Source: Candidatus Eiseniibacteriota bacterium (GTDB lineage: Bacteria > Eisenbacteria > RBG-16-71-46). From it: a stretch of 42,075 bases of DNA. Every line of letters starts with the position of its first letter. Position 1 is the first letter of the stretch. The notes beneath the pieces were generated by a model, which saw only the letters and a list, made by a program, of their open reading frames with translations, made no database searches and was not told where the DNA came from. The stretch spans positions 1 to 42,075 of the forward strand of contig JANLOX010000072.1 of assembly GCA_031366795.1 (NCBI GenBank). Direction: 5' to 3'. The translations under genes and the position numbers were made by a program. Of the stretch, positions 9,704 to 19,504 are shown piece after piece.

Positions 9704-10825
9704 TCAGCGCAGCGAGAAGCCGAGGAACCCCTGCACGTCCGGCGATTGTCGCGTTGTACCGAAGCGCGCCCCGGCGTCCAACATGAAATGTGTGCCGAGG
9801 CTGTGGGCGGCACCGAGCGAGACAACGCCCGTGGAGACCTCGGGGAGGACGAGGTCCCGGTGAATCGTCCATTCCGTGAACGACCAGAGTGCGGAGGTCC
9901 AGCGATGTTCGACCGACAGTGCGACGTCGAAGGGCTCAAAGTCGAACGTGGGTTCATTCGGGGGGTGACCCTGGGGGTAAGAATCTGCGTAGAGGCGTCT
10001 GCCGGGGTAGTGCGCCCCTTCGACGGAAGCCGAAAGGCAGCCCTTGGTTCGCCCACCCAAGGGGATGCCCTGCGAAAAGGCGTAGCCGACAATCGCGTAC
10101 TCATCACGACCTGCCAGCTCCAGGGCAAATGCGTGTGCCCAGCCGATCGAGTCCGATCCCCACGGCCGGATCTTGAGCTTGATCGCATTCAGGGTGTGCC
10201 AAGAGTCCACAACGGAATTGTTGCTGGCCTGCTCCCGGGTCACCCTGTCGCTTCTATACCCGTCGCTCACGAGCACGATCGCCACGTGCCTGGAAAACCC
10301 GATGCTCAATTGTTGCGCAGCCGCCTGCACCGCCTCCCGGAGAAATCGTTCAGGACCGTATGAATAGACGTAGTGCGGTGACCCATATCCGGTGGTGTCG
10401 GTGGTCCACGCCACATGGAATGTCTGCTCCGTGCTCGATGAGCGCGTGTACGAAACGGCCTGGGACTCGACCTCGATCTCCGCCCGGCCCGGGATGTGCG
10501 TGCCGATTCCCGACAACGGCCGGTCCGGCCAGTGAATGCCTTTCGGGTACGGTGGCCTGCTGCGCCGGGGCCTATCCGTCGGCAATCCAGGATCCACGAT
10601 GCTCCATGCGGATCCGGCGAGTTCATTGTGCTTGCGCGTCTTCCTGGGAGGGTGCGACCGCGCCGAATCGCCGGACGCCTTGGCCGGCGAGGCCGTGCTG
10701 TCGGGCGCCAGCTCGGTCGAATCGGGAGGTGACGCAGTCGACTCCAGGGCGGCCCCCCGCCCCGGCGAGGCGCTTGTGAGCAGTAGGAAGACAGCGAACA
10801 GGGCGGCGGTTCCACCTCGATTCAT
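9704..10825 (-). CDS. putative outer-membrane beta-barrel protein (MetA-pathway/'transporter'-like)
   Basis: Signal peptide, low-complexity linker, TDRP motif, and alternating C-terminal strands ending LDAGARFGTT...VQGFLGFSLR. Confidence 0.5.
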   Translation of the reverse strand: MNRGGTAALFAVFLLLTSASPGRGAALESTASPPDSTELAPDSTASPAKASGDSARSHPPRKTRKHNELAGSAWSIVDPGLPTDRPRRSRPPYPKGIHWPDRPLSGIGTHIPGRAEIEVESQAVSYTRSSSTEQTFHVAWTTDTTGYGSPHYVYSYGPERFLREAVQAAAQQLSIGFSRHVAIVLVSDGYRSDRVTREQASNNSVVDSWHTLNAIKLKIRPWGSDSIGWAHAFALELAGRDEYAIVGYAFSQGIPLGGRTKGCLSASVEGAHYPGRRLYADSYPQGHPPNEPTFDFEPFDVALSVEHRWTSALWSFTEWTIHRDLVLPEVSTGVVSLGAAHSLGTHFMLDAGARFGTTRQSPDVQGFLGFSLR

Positions 10826-11079
10826 GGCTCAAATGATGCGCCGCCCACGGCCGGGCCACAACTGCCCGTCCGTCTCGGCGGCTCTGGCCCCCGCGAGGGC
10901 CTGCGGGCCACGTGTTGCCGGCGACTCGCTCCGTACACCTACGAAGGCGAGATCGCGTGAAGATCCCCGTTGTCCACGGGGGCGCGGGGATCGATACTTA
11001 TCGGGTGATGCCGCGCCCGCGGCCATGCGGTTTATCCGCGCGAGGCGTCATGCGTTGACCGAGCATCAAGGAGGTCCGC

Positions 11080-11814
11080 ATGACTGTGCGCAACCCGCTG
11101 TTCGAATTCATGCCCTACGGGGCTCCCGAGTTGTTGTCCGCTCAACGAGCGCATTTGGTCCGCGCGTTGGCGCTGGCTTCACTGCTGGTGCTGACCGTAT
11201 TCCTGCTTGCCCGTGTGCTGGGTTTGTCGATGCCTGGGAATGTTCTGGTCGACATTCCGATCATCACGCGCCCGGCGATTTCGATCGAGCCGCCTCCTTC
11301 GATTCGCGTCGCCACCGCGTTGCGCGTTCCGAGCGTGACGCCCACGTCGGCGGTGAGGGATGGGAAGCTCGTCATCGTTCGCGACGAGGACAAGCTCACC
11401 CCGACGGAGATTCTCGCGCCACCGAGTGGCGATCTCGGTGTGGGCGATGTGCCGGGGGATGCGCCGCCGTCCACCATGCCCCCCGGGACCGCGGCCTTCG
11501 TGCCGGAGGTGTTCCCGGCGCGGCGTGAGTTTGTCTACACGGACGAGATGCCGGTGCTCGCGAAGGTTGTGAAGCCCGAGTACCCCGAGCTGGCGAAGGA
11601 GCTGGGGATCGAGGGCCGCGTCTACGTTCACATGCTGGTGGGCAAGGATGGCCGAGTTGTGAGGGCGGAAGTGGACGAGCAGATCAACGAGCCGCTGCTC
11701 AACACCGCAGCACTTGAGGCCGCGCGCAAATGGGTGTTCCAGCCGGCGTTGGTGAACAAGCATCCCATCCCGGTGTGGGTCGGGGAGGCGTTCATCTTCA
11801 AGATCAACCAGTAG
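11080..11814 (+). CDS. energy transducer TonB
   Basis: AAGGAGG RBS; YGAPEL motif then one TM helix and a Pro-rich linker; TonB C-domain PEYPELAKELGIEGRVYVHMLVGKDG...AARKWVFQPA. Confidence 0.88.
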   Translation: MTVRNPLFEFMPYGAPELLSAQRAHLVRALALASLLVLTVFLLARVLGLSMPGNVLVDIPIITRPAISIEPPPSIRVATALRVPSVTPTSAVRDGKLVIVRDEDKLTPTEILAPPSGDLGVGDVPGDAPPSTMPPGTAAFVPEVFPARREFVYTDEMPVLAKVVKPEYPELAKELGIEGRVYVHMLVGKDGRVVRAEVDEQINEPLLNTAALEAARKWVFQPALVNKHPIPVWVGEAFIFKINQ

Positions 11815-11908
11815 TCACGCGCCCTTCGGCTTCCACGTCGTGGCGCCCGCGCGGTTCGCGCGGCGTGGGCTGGGCGGTGATCGCGACACCCCGCGTGGCG
11901 CGCCCTGC

Positions 11909-12268
11909 TCAGGTTCCGGCGAGCAGGGCCGCCAGCTTTACCGTGAACGCCGAGCGCGGCATCGGTTCGTCGACACCGGCTTCCAGTGCGGCCGTTCGTA
12001 TCGGTGCTTCGATATGCGAATAAAAACCGACGATGCGTGTGCCCGCCAGCGCGGGATCGCGTTTGAGTTCGCGCACGGCATCCAGCACGCCGCCCGGCGT
12101 GTGCAGGTCGATGATGACGAGATCGGGCTGGCGCGCGCGCGCGTCGCTGACCAGCCGCTCGGGTGTTGTCGCGTGAATGGCGACACCGAGATGTGACGCG
12201 GTGGTGTTGATCTTCGAGGCGAAGAACATATCCGGCACCAGTGACAGGATGATGCGAGCAGGATTCAT
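11909..12268 (-). CDS. single-domain response-regulator receiver (atypical)
   Basis: PDLVIIDL, ELKRDP, AALEAGVD fit the CheY fold; the acidic pocket is reduced and the conserved Lys appears replaced by Arg (PMPRS). Confidence 0.7.
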   Translation of the reverse strand: MNPARIILSLVPDMFFASKINTTASHLGVAIHATTPERLVSDARARQPDLVIIDLHTPGGVLDAVRELKRDPALAGTRIVGFYSHIEAPIRTAALEAGVDEPMPRSAFTVKLAALLAGT

Positions 12269-12271
12269 GCG

Positions 12272-13891
12272 TCAGGGTTCCCGGGTTTCGAGCGTGCCGA
12301 GGCGTCGCGCGCCATCGGCGAAGGCGAGCAACACAATAAACACGGCGCAGCCCACCGCGGCGAGCGAGAGCCAAGCAGTGGTCGCGGGTGCGGCTTCCGC
12401 GCGCGACGCGAGTGAAATCCACAGGATGGCCTGCGCGATCAGCAGCAGCGTCGCGATGATGCGCCCCGCGGGCCGCAGCATGGCGCGCGGGTTCGTCCAT
12501 TGTGGGTCACCGAAGGCGACGCCGGCCCAGGCGCCGATGCTGAGCGCCACGGCGAGCGCGGGGACGACCGGCGCCAGCACGTTCAACAGATCGCGCGCGC
12601 TCAAGGCCAGCGCCCAGGCGCACGCCGTGGTGGCGACGGCGATTAATCCGCCCGATAAAACCGCGGCGCTCAAGAGCCGCGCGGCCAGCCAGCGTGACGG
12701 CGCCACGGGCGCGAGCCGCGCCCACATCAAGGCGCCGCGCTCGAGCGGGATGGCGCGCGCACCGACTTCGCTGCCGACGGCGACCGCGAGCGCCAGCAAC
12801 ATGGTGCGCGCGAGCAGTGGCCGCGCGGTGTCGAACATCGGCTCGAACACGACCGGGAGCAGGGTCCACAGCACGACGGTGGTGACGAGGTCGCCGAGGA
12901 TGGTCCAGTTGCGCCGCAGCAGCCGGATATCGCGCGCCATCATGGCGCGTGTGAGCGACGTGGCCGCCTGCGACCATGCGTGCAACCGCGCCGCCCCACG
13001 CGCGCGGCGCGGCGACCACGCGACCATGCGTGCCTGAACACTCTCGAGGCTCGTGTGCGCGACCCACACCACGAGCGCGAGGCTCACGAGTGCGGCACCC
13101 GTGAGCCAACCTGTTCGCACCAGTGCCGTCCTGGCATCGCCCACGGCCGACGCGGCCAGCGAAGCTGCGAGCCAGCCGCCAGGCGTGCGCGGCATGCCGG
13201 TGGCGAGACGCGCGAGTGCGCCGCGGAAGTCTTCGAGTGATGTGCCATTGCCGCCCATGCGGGGCAGCAGGAATGAGTTTGCGAGCCACAGCACGAGCAG
13301 TGTCAGCGACGAGACGAGACCGAGCGCTTCACGCGCATGGCGCGCGGGCACCACGCGCAACATCAACACCGCGGCGGCGGCGCCCAGGCCGAACGGCAGC
13401 GCCCACATCGACAACGCCTGCACCGGCAGCAACACCCACGCCCAATGCGCGAGATGGAAGGCCTCGTGGAATGCGAAGATCGCCGGCACGATCAGCACCG
13501 CCATGAGTAGCGAAGTGCGCGGCAGAGCGTCGAACAATTTGATGGCCAGTTGCGTGTGCGGCTTGAGTGGAGCGCGACGCAGCAGGTCGAGGTCGGTGTC
13601 TGAGAGCAGTGCAGACACCCCTTCGTGCAGGTCGAACACCAGCAAGCCCGCGAGGGTCAGGTTCGCGAGCACCGCGATGAGCGATGCAGCGTCCGTGAGC
13701 GTGCCGCCTGCCTGTGCGAGTACCTGCAACAGTTCGCGCATGACGAAGTAGGCGAGCATCGCGAGCACGACCGCGAGCACGACGGCGATGCGCGTCGAGC
13801 CCGCCCCGCGCGGGGCGGCGCGACCCGGCCGTGGCACGAACGTGTGCAACAGCATTGCGCCGCGGCTACGGAGGGTCGCCAGGAGAATCAT
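12272..13891 (-). CDS. putative ABC exporter permease
   Basis: Very hydrophobic, about 12 TM; DLDLLRRAPL and ERGALMWARLAPV motifs. ATG 13891 overlaps the ATPase stop (ATGA coupling). Confidence 0.75.
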   Translation of the reverse strand: MILLATLRSRGAMLLHTFVPRPGRAAPRGAGSTRIAVVLAVVLAMLAYFVMRELLQVLAQAGGTLTDAASLIAVLANLTLAGLLVFDLHEGVSALLSDTDLDLLRRAPLKPHTQLAIKLFDALPRTSLLMAVLIVPAIFAFHEAFHLAHWAWVLLPVQALSMWALPFGLGAAAAVLMLRVVPARHAREALGLVSSLTLLVLWLANSFLLPRMGGNGTSLEDFRGALARLATGMPRTPGGWLAASLAASAVGDARTALVRTGWLTGAALVSLALVVWVAHTSLESVQARMVAWSPRRARGAARLHAWSQAATSLTRAMMARDIRLLRRNWTILGDLVTTVVLWTLLPVVFEPMFDTARPLLARTMLLALAVAVGSEVGARAIPLERGALMWARLAPVAPSRWLAARLLSAAVLSGGLIAVATTACAWALALSARDLLNVLAPVVPALAVALSIGAWAGVAFGDPQWTNPRAMLRPAGRIIATLLLIAQAILWISLASRAEAAPATTAWLSLAAVGCAVFIVLLAFADGARRLGTLETREP

Positions 13892-14637
13892 TCGGTCTGG
13901 CTCGTCAGGGCGAGGAACACGTCTTCGAGCGTCGTGCCGCCGCTCTCGCCGCGCAGTTCCGCGAGCGTTCCTTCGGCGCGCTTGCGGCCACGGTCCAGCA
14001 CCACGACGCGATCGCACAGGCGCTCTGCGACATCGAGCAGGTGCGTCGAGACCAGCACCCCGGCGCCCCGCGAAGCGCGTTCGCGGAGCAGGTCCTTGAG
14101 CGCGCGCGCTGAGTGCGGATCGAGACCGCCCAACGGTTCGTCGAGCAGCACGAGCGGGGGTTCATGCAGTAGTGCTGCGGCGATCGACACCTTCTGTCGC
14201 ATGCCCAGCGAATAGGTCTCGACGAGGTCGTCCGCGGCGGGCCCAAGCGCGAGCCGCGCGATGAGTTCGGCCGAGCGCTGGCGCGCCGTGGCGGCGCCGA
14301 CGCGGTAAAGCGCACCGACGAAGTCGAGGAACTCCCAGGCGGTGAGACGGTCGTAGAGGAACGGGTGATCGGGCACGAAGCCCATGCGCGCGCGCGCCTC
14401 GAGCGGTTCGCGCACCAGCGAGTGGCCGGCGATCAGGATCTCGCCCGCGTCGCCACGCAACAGCCCGGAGCAGCAGCGCAGCGTCGTGGTCTTCCCCGCG
14501 CCATTGGGCCCCAGGAATCCGACGATTTCGCCGGAGCTCACGACAAGGTCGAGGTTGTCGACGGCGGTGAAGCCGCCATAGCGGCGCACCAGGCCGCGAA
14601 TCTCCAGGGGCGCTACGGGCGTCGTGGGCTCGCTCAT
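13888..14637 (-). CDS. ABC transporter ATP-binding protein
   Basis: Walker A GPNGAGKTT, signature YSLGMRQK, Walker B LLDEP, H-loop STHLL. Confidence 0.95.
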   Translation of the reverse strand: MSEPTTPVAPLEIRGLVRRYGGFTAVDNLDLVVSSGEIVGFLGPNGAGKTTTLRCCSGLLRGDAGEILIAGHSLVREPLEARARMGFVPDHPFLYDRLTAWEFLDFVGALYRVGAATARQRSAELIARLALGPAADDLVETYSLGMRQKVSIAAALLHEPPLVLLDEPLGGLDPHSARALKDLLRERASRGAGVLVSTHLLDVAERLCDRVVVLDRGRKRAEGTLAELRGESGGTTLEDVFLALTSQTE

Positions 14638-14644
14638 GCCTCGC

Positions 14645-15652
14645 CTATCGCCCGGGAGCCAGGGCAGCGCCGAGCTTCGGCAGGCTGACGTCGTAGCGGT
14701 AGCTCACACCCATGTGGCCGTCGTCGAACTCCTGGTATTCGTGCGCGACGCGTGATTGCTTGAGCCGCTCGACCATCAAGCGCGCGCCCAGGTGCAGGCT
14801 CCATTCGTCACGCGTGCCGCAATCGAAGTACACCAGCTTGAGCGAGCGCAGCGCGTCGTAGTGCTTCTCGACCAGGTTGAGCGGGTCGTGCTCGAGCCAG
14901 CGCCGCCAAACCTCCTCGCGCCAACGGCCACTGGCGAGATCGATGGGAAAGTCGATGCCGAACGGCGGCGCCTGTGGATGCGGCGAGTAACACGCCGACA
15001 TGCCCAGCAGGTTGAGCACATGCATGTCGTCCGTCTTCTTCTGCAGGTCGGCCTCGAACTTCGTCAGCCACTGGGCGACGCCACCCGCGCGCTGCACGGC
15101 GGCGCAAAAGCGGGGAAAGTCCGGCCGGTAGCAGTACTCGAAACACACGTCGCCACTGTGCGAAGCGATGGCGCCGAAGGTGTCCGCGTGCTTGAGCCCC
15201 AGGATCCACGCGCCGTAGCCGCCGGACGACTTGCCCATGACGCCGCGATGCTCGTGTGAGGCCAGCGTGCGGTAGCGCTCGTCGATCCACGGAACCAACT
15301 CTTCGATGAGATGGTCCTGGTAGCGCCCGGTAGCACTCGAGTTGATGTACTGCGAGCCGCCGTAGCGGGTGAAGCAGTCGGGCATCACGAGGATCATCTC
15401 CTCGCAACCCTTTGCGATCAGCGTATCCATGCGGTCGTCGAGCGCGGGCGACCAGGGGCTGTCGTTGAGCAGCATGCGCCCGCGTCCCATGAACCCGGTG
15501 AGCACATACACCACCGGGTAACGGCGCTCGGGCTCATGGTCGTACGAAGGTGGCAGGTAGACAGGCACGCGCCGTACGTTCGAATCCCCGGCGGCGTTGC
15601 CTCTGAGCAGGAGGCTCTCGAAATTCTCGTGGACGACACGTCCCTGCTTCAT
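14645..15652 (-). CDS. alpha/beta-hydrolase esterase (enterochelin-esterase/PF00756-like)
   Basis: VYLPPSY...RYPVVYVL, nucleophile elbow GKSSGG, DCGTRDE, FDDGH. Start ATG 15652 with GGGAGA RBS. Confidence 0.85.
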   Translation of the reverse strand: MKQGRVVHENFESLLLRGNAAGDSNVRRVPVYLPPSYDHEPERRYPVVYVLTGFMGRGRMLLNDSPWSPALDDRMDTLIAKGCEEMILVMPDCFTRYGGSQYINSSATGRYQDHLIEELVPWIDERYRTLASHEHRGVMGKSSGGYGAWILGLKHADTFGAIASHSGDVCFEYCYRPDFPRFCAAVQRAGGVAQWLTKFEADLQKKTDDMHVLNLLGMSACYSPHPQAPPFGIDFPIDLASGRWREEVWRRWLEHDPLNLVEKHYDALRSLKLVYFDCGTRDEWSLHLGARLMVERLKQSRVAHEYQEFDDGHMGVSYRYDVSLPKLGAALAPGR

Positions 15653-15689
15653 GCGGTCTCCCCGCGCGGTGCGCGGCGTTTGCGTCGCA

Positions 15690-17702
15690 TCATTTGAAGA
15701 TTGCGTCGGGCCCAGTCTGTGGCGCCCGCAGCGCGAGTTCGTGCTGGAGTGCGGCGAGGGTCGAGTCGCCGCGCAGTTCCGGCTGCTGGGTGAGCAGTGC
15801 TGCCAGTTCGTATCGTGCCGGATCATCGAGCTGCACGGACGCCAGCCCCCTGGCGAGTGCCGCGCGCGCAACCCAGTCGCGGGGATTGAGTCGCGTTGCG
15901 ACCTTGAGCTCCAGCAATCCGTATTTCGTGTTACGCCCGGTAAGCAATTCGCCGAGCACGGCATGTGCCTCGGGCCGGCCAACACCGTACTGGATCGCGG
16001 CCGTCAATTGCCGTCTCGATGCCAGGGTGTCGCCATCGACCAGCGCATTGTGGGCATCGCGCAGGTGAGTGATCCAGCTCAAGGAGTCATCACTGAAGCC
16101 AAGCTCCGTCCAAGCGCGCTCCGCGGCGGCTCGTCTGCCTGCCCACAACTCGCCCCAGCTGATCCAGTAGAGGAGGTCCCTGCGGCTCTCGCCCGCCGCG
16201 GCCCCACGGCGGAATGCATAGAGCCCGCGCTCCAGGCGATCGAGCAACAACAGGTCGCATCCTACCTGGAAGTATACGTCGGTGCCGCGAGTGTAGAGCG
16301 GGGCCAGCGACTCGCCGTCCCAATAGAGGAAGCGGCAGGGATGCGTGCCCGCCGTGGAGTCCGAAAACTGCGACATGAAGTGCGACTCGATCTGGGGCTT
16401 GCGGTAGAGCTCGCGCACGAGCGCGCCGTTGCCCATCTGGAAGCCGGCATAAGGCGGAAGTGTGGCGAAGAAGAGGCGCGCGTCCGCAGGCGGATCAGGT
16501 TCCAGCCGCTTGAGTTGGATTGACATCGAATCGGTCAGTGCCGCGGCGCGCTCGAAGTAGGCGCTGGTCAGGTGCGAGCTCCACGTCCACGGTGAGTTGT
16601 TCACTGCGAACCCGCGCGTCGCCGAGCTGCCGGCGTGGAGCCACAATAGCCCCGCGATCAGCGCCGCGAGCCCCGGCGCGCGCGTGTGGCGCATCAGCAC
16701 GCCGACCAGCACGGCGCCGCCCACGGCGGCCAGCGTGTAGTAGTAGGCGCTCCACGAATAAGCCACGGGTCCAGTGACGGCGGTGAATGCCACGAGCCAC
16801 ACGAGGGCGAAGCCGATGATGCCGCGCGTGGGGGTGGCGCCTCCGGCCGCTTCGTCCGCAGCGCCGCGGAACGCGAGCAGCGTCAGCGGCAGAAGGGCGA
16901 CCAGCGGAATCAGCGCGGGCGAGTGCTGCACCATCGCGGTGAGCGTCGCGCGGGGTTGCTCGATGCCGGTCAGCGCCTGGAGCAGGTGCAGGTAGGCGGC
17001 GGCGAACGAGCCGGGCGTCATGTACAGTGGCGCTGCGGCCTTCGAGGCGCGCATCGCCAGCGAGAACGCGCCCCACGCCAGCGTCAGCGCCGCGAAGGGA
17101 GCGATACGCCGCGCGATGGCGGGGGCGTCGCGACGCTCGACCAGCCAATCCCATGCGAGCAACCCCACGACGAGCGGGAACGCGGATTCCTTGCTCGCGA
17201 GCGCTGCGGCGCAGGCGCACAACGCCCCGCCGGTGCGCCCGCGGCGGTAGAGCGCCAGGGCCGCGAGCGTTCCTGCGAGTGCCAGCAGGTCCTGGCTGCA
17301 CGACACCCACATCAGCACCACGCGCTGGAACGGCAGCAGTGCGAAGTACGCCACTCCAGCGATCGCGCCACCCAGCGGCATCAGGGCAAGTAACAGGTCC
17401 GCCAGTAATGCCAGCGCCACGAGGAACAGCGCGTAGTTGAAGGCGTGGAACACCCATGGGGCGCCACCCCAGAGCGGCGTCAGTGCCGCGAAATAGAACT
17501 GCCGGGACAGCGGCCGGTAGTAGTTGCCGAGCGCGTCCAGCGTGGTCAGCGAGTGCGACAGTGGTTGGGTGCGCGCCTGTTCGAGGAATAGGTAGTCATC
17601 GTTCAGGAAACGCGTGGCGAGGGGAACCCTGTACAGCAGGGTCAGGCCAACCAGGGCCAGCAACAGGACGGCCCATATGGGAATGGAGCGCGCGGAACTC
17701 AC
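15690..17702 (-). CDS. TMTC-like GT-C membrane glycosyltransferase with C-terminal TPR
   Basis: NDDYLFL...NYYRPLSRQ, LASKESA, many TM helices, TPR-like C-terminus (ATRLNPRDWVARAALA). Start placed at GTG 17702, 8 nt downstream of an extended -10-like TGaTAGATT; the ORF finder extends to 17789. Confidence 0.72.
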   Translation of the reverse strand: MSSARSIPIWAVLLLALVGLTLLYRVPLATRFLNDDYLFLEQARTQPLSHSLTTLDALGNYYRPLSRQFYFAALTPLWGGAPWVFHAFNYALFLVALALLADLLLALMPLGGAIAGVAYFALLPFQRVVLMWVSCSQDLLALAGTLAALALYRRGRTGGALCACAAALASKESAFPLVVGLLAWDWLVERRDAPAIARRIAPFAALTLAWGAFSLAMRASKAAAPLYMTPGSFAAAYLHLLQALTGIEQPRATLTAMVQHSPALIPLVALLPLTLLAFRGAADEAAGGATPTRGIIGFALVWLVAFTAVTGPVAYSWSAYYYTLAAVGGAVLVGVLMRHTRAPGLAALIAGLLWLHAGSSATRGFAVNNSPWTWSSHLTSAYFERAAALTDSMSIQLKRLEPDPPADARLFFATLPPYAGFQMGNGALVRELYRKPQIESHFMSQFSDSTAGTHPCRFLYWDGESLAPLYTRGTDVYFQVGCDLLLLDRLERGLYAFRRGAAAGESRRDLLYWISWGELWAGRRAAAERAWTELGFSDDSLSWITHLRDAHNALVDGDTLASRRQLTAAIQYGVGRPEAHAVLGELLTGRNTKYGLLELKVATRLNPRDWVARAALARGLASVQLDDPARYELAALLTQQPELRGDSTLAALQHELALRAPQTGPDAIFK

Positions 17703-17749
17703 GGCGGCGAAATCTATCAGGTGCGCCCCGCCGCGGCCATCCGCGGGGG

Positions 17750-17768
17750 GCATTGCATTGTGCAATGC
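17750..17768. promoter_or_regulatory. inverted repeat GCATTGCA-ttg-TGCAATGC, possible operator in divergent promoter region
   Basis: Perfect 8-bp arms between the divergent GT-C and histidine kinase genes. Confidence 0.35.
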
Positions 17769-17845
17769 GGCGGCCCACACAGCCCTCATATCCGGGCTCG
17801 AAATCGCCGATACCCCTCACGAGACCATTTGCCTCCTGAGGAGCC

Positions 17846-19456
17846 ATGGCACAAACGTTTCCTTCATTCGAATCGAAGCGCGTCAAAGCACGCGCAAACA
17901 ATATCCGGCGCCGCAATTGGATCATGTGGGCGTGGATGTTCCTGCTCGTGCTCGGCCTTGGCGCCGCAGTGCCGTTGCTCTACCTGCCCTTGGTCGGCGC
18001 GCTCAACCTCGTCGAGCCCGGCAGTGGCCCTTCGCCCGACCAGGTCTACTACGTCATCGTCGGGCTGGCGGGCCTGGTGGCGATCTTCTGCCTGTACCTT
18101 GCGCTCAAGCAGCGCGAACTCGAAGGCATGCGCGAGACGTTGGTGGCCGAGGCGCAGGAAACCGAGCAGGTGCGCACACGGCTGCTCGAACTGTCGGCGA
18201 TGTTCCACCTGTCGACGACGCTCAACCTGCAGCTCAAGCTGCCGGTCGTGCTCGAGATCATCGTGCGTCGTGTGGTCTCGGCGCTGCGCGCGCAGCAGGC
18301 CTCGATCATGTTGTTCAATCCCGAAAGCGGCGAGCTCGAGACGCGCGCGGCGTACGGGCTCGAGGCCGAGTTCACGCGCGGCGCACGGGTCAAGTTCGGC
18401 AGCGGCATCGCCGGACGCGTGGCCGAGAGCGGCGAGCCGGCCCTGCTCAATCGCGAGAATGACGACACGAGCTTCACGCAGCACTACAAGAACGACCGCA
18501 ACATCACTTCGGCGCTCTCACTGCCGCTGCGTGTCGGCGAGCGCTGTATCGGCGTGCTCAACGTCAACCGCATCAACCATCCTGAGTTGTTCGAGGATCA
18601 CCATCGCGAGATCCTGACGATGTTCTCGGAGCACGTCGCCGCGGTGATCGAGCGCGCCGAGGTGCTGGACCGTCTCGGTAGCCGTTCGCGCGAGCTCGAG
18701 GAGGCGAACCTTCGCCTCACCGAACTCAACGCCATGAAGGACGTATTCCTCTCGACCGCGAGCCACGAGCTCAAGACGCCGCTGACGTCGGTCATCGCCT
18801 ACGCCGAATTGCTGGATGAGCAGGCTGCGAAGCTCGACGGCGGACAGCGCTCGGACTTTCTACACCGGCTGCGCACGGAAGCCGGCCGGCTGATGGGATT
18901 GATCGAGGACATCCTCGACCTGACGCGGCTGGAGAGCGGCAAGATGACGCTCAAGCCGGTGTTATTGTCTGCCACTGACGTCGCGCATGCTGCGGTCGAG
19001 ACGAGCCGCCCGCTCGCAGCGAAAACAGATGTCGAGATCGTCGAGCAGTTCGAGGACGACCTGCCGCACTTGCCTCTCGATGACGTGAAGATGGGGCAGG
19101 TCATCACGAACCTGATCGTGAATGCGGTGAAGTTCAGCCCGCGAGGGGCCACGGTTGCGGTGCGCGTGCTGCGCGAGCCGCGCTGGGTGCGCATCGATGT
19201 TGCTGACGAGGGCCCGGGTGTCAGCGCCGAAGACTCCGCGCATATCTTCGAGCTATTCGGTCAGGGTTCGAGTGGCGGGGAGCGCCCGGACGCCGGCGTC
19301 GGTATTGGTCTGCACCTGGTCAAGCGCATCAGCGAGCTGCACGGCGGGCACGTCGGCGTGATCAGCCAGCCCGGCGAGGGCAGCACGTTCTGGGTCCGGC
19401 TGCCGGTACCGTTGTCGCGCTCGCTCGACACCGAGCAGCTGTACACCGCCGCCTAG
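17846..19456 (+). CDS. membrane GAF-domain sensor histidine kinase
   Basis: Two N-terminal TMs, GAF (GSGIAGRVAESGEP...LPLRVGERCIGVLNV), H-box SHELKTPL, N-box NLIVNAVKF, G-boxes DEGPG and GIGL. GAGGAG RBS. Confidence 0.93.
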   Translation: MAQTFPSFESKRVKARANNIRRRNWIMWAWMFLLVLGLGAAVPLLYLPLVGALNLVEPGSGPSPDQVYYVIVGLAGLVAIFCLYLALKQRELEGMRETLVAEAQETEQVRTRLLELSAMFHLSTTLNLQLKLPVVLEIIVRRVVSALRAQQASIMLFNPESGELETRAAYGLEAEFTRGARVKFGSGIAGRVAESGEPALLNRENDDTSFTQHYKNDRNITSALSLPLRVGERCIGVLNVNRINHPELFEDHHREILTMFSEHVAAVIERAEVLDRLGSRSRELEEANLRLTELNAMKDVFLSTASHELKTPLTSVIAYAELLDEQAAKLDGGQRSDFLHRLRTEAGRLMGLIEDILDLTRLESGKMTLKPVLLSATDVAHAAVETSRPLAAKTDVEIVEQFEDDLPHLPLDDVKMGQVITNLIVNAVKFSPRGATVAVRVLREPRWVRIDVADEGPGVSAEDSAHIFELFGQGSSGGERPDAGVGIGLHLVKRISELHGGHVGVISQPGEGSTFWVRLPVPLSRSLDTEQLYTAA

Positions 19457-19504
19457 GATCGCTGCGCGGTTCACCTGCAGGCCGCGCAGCAATCCTCCCG
19501 TGCG

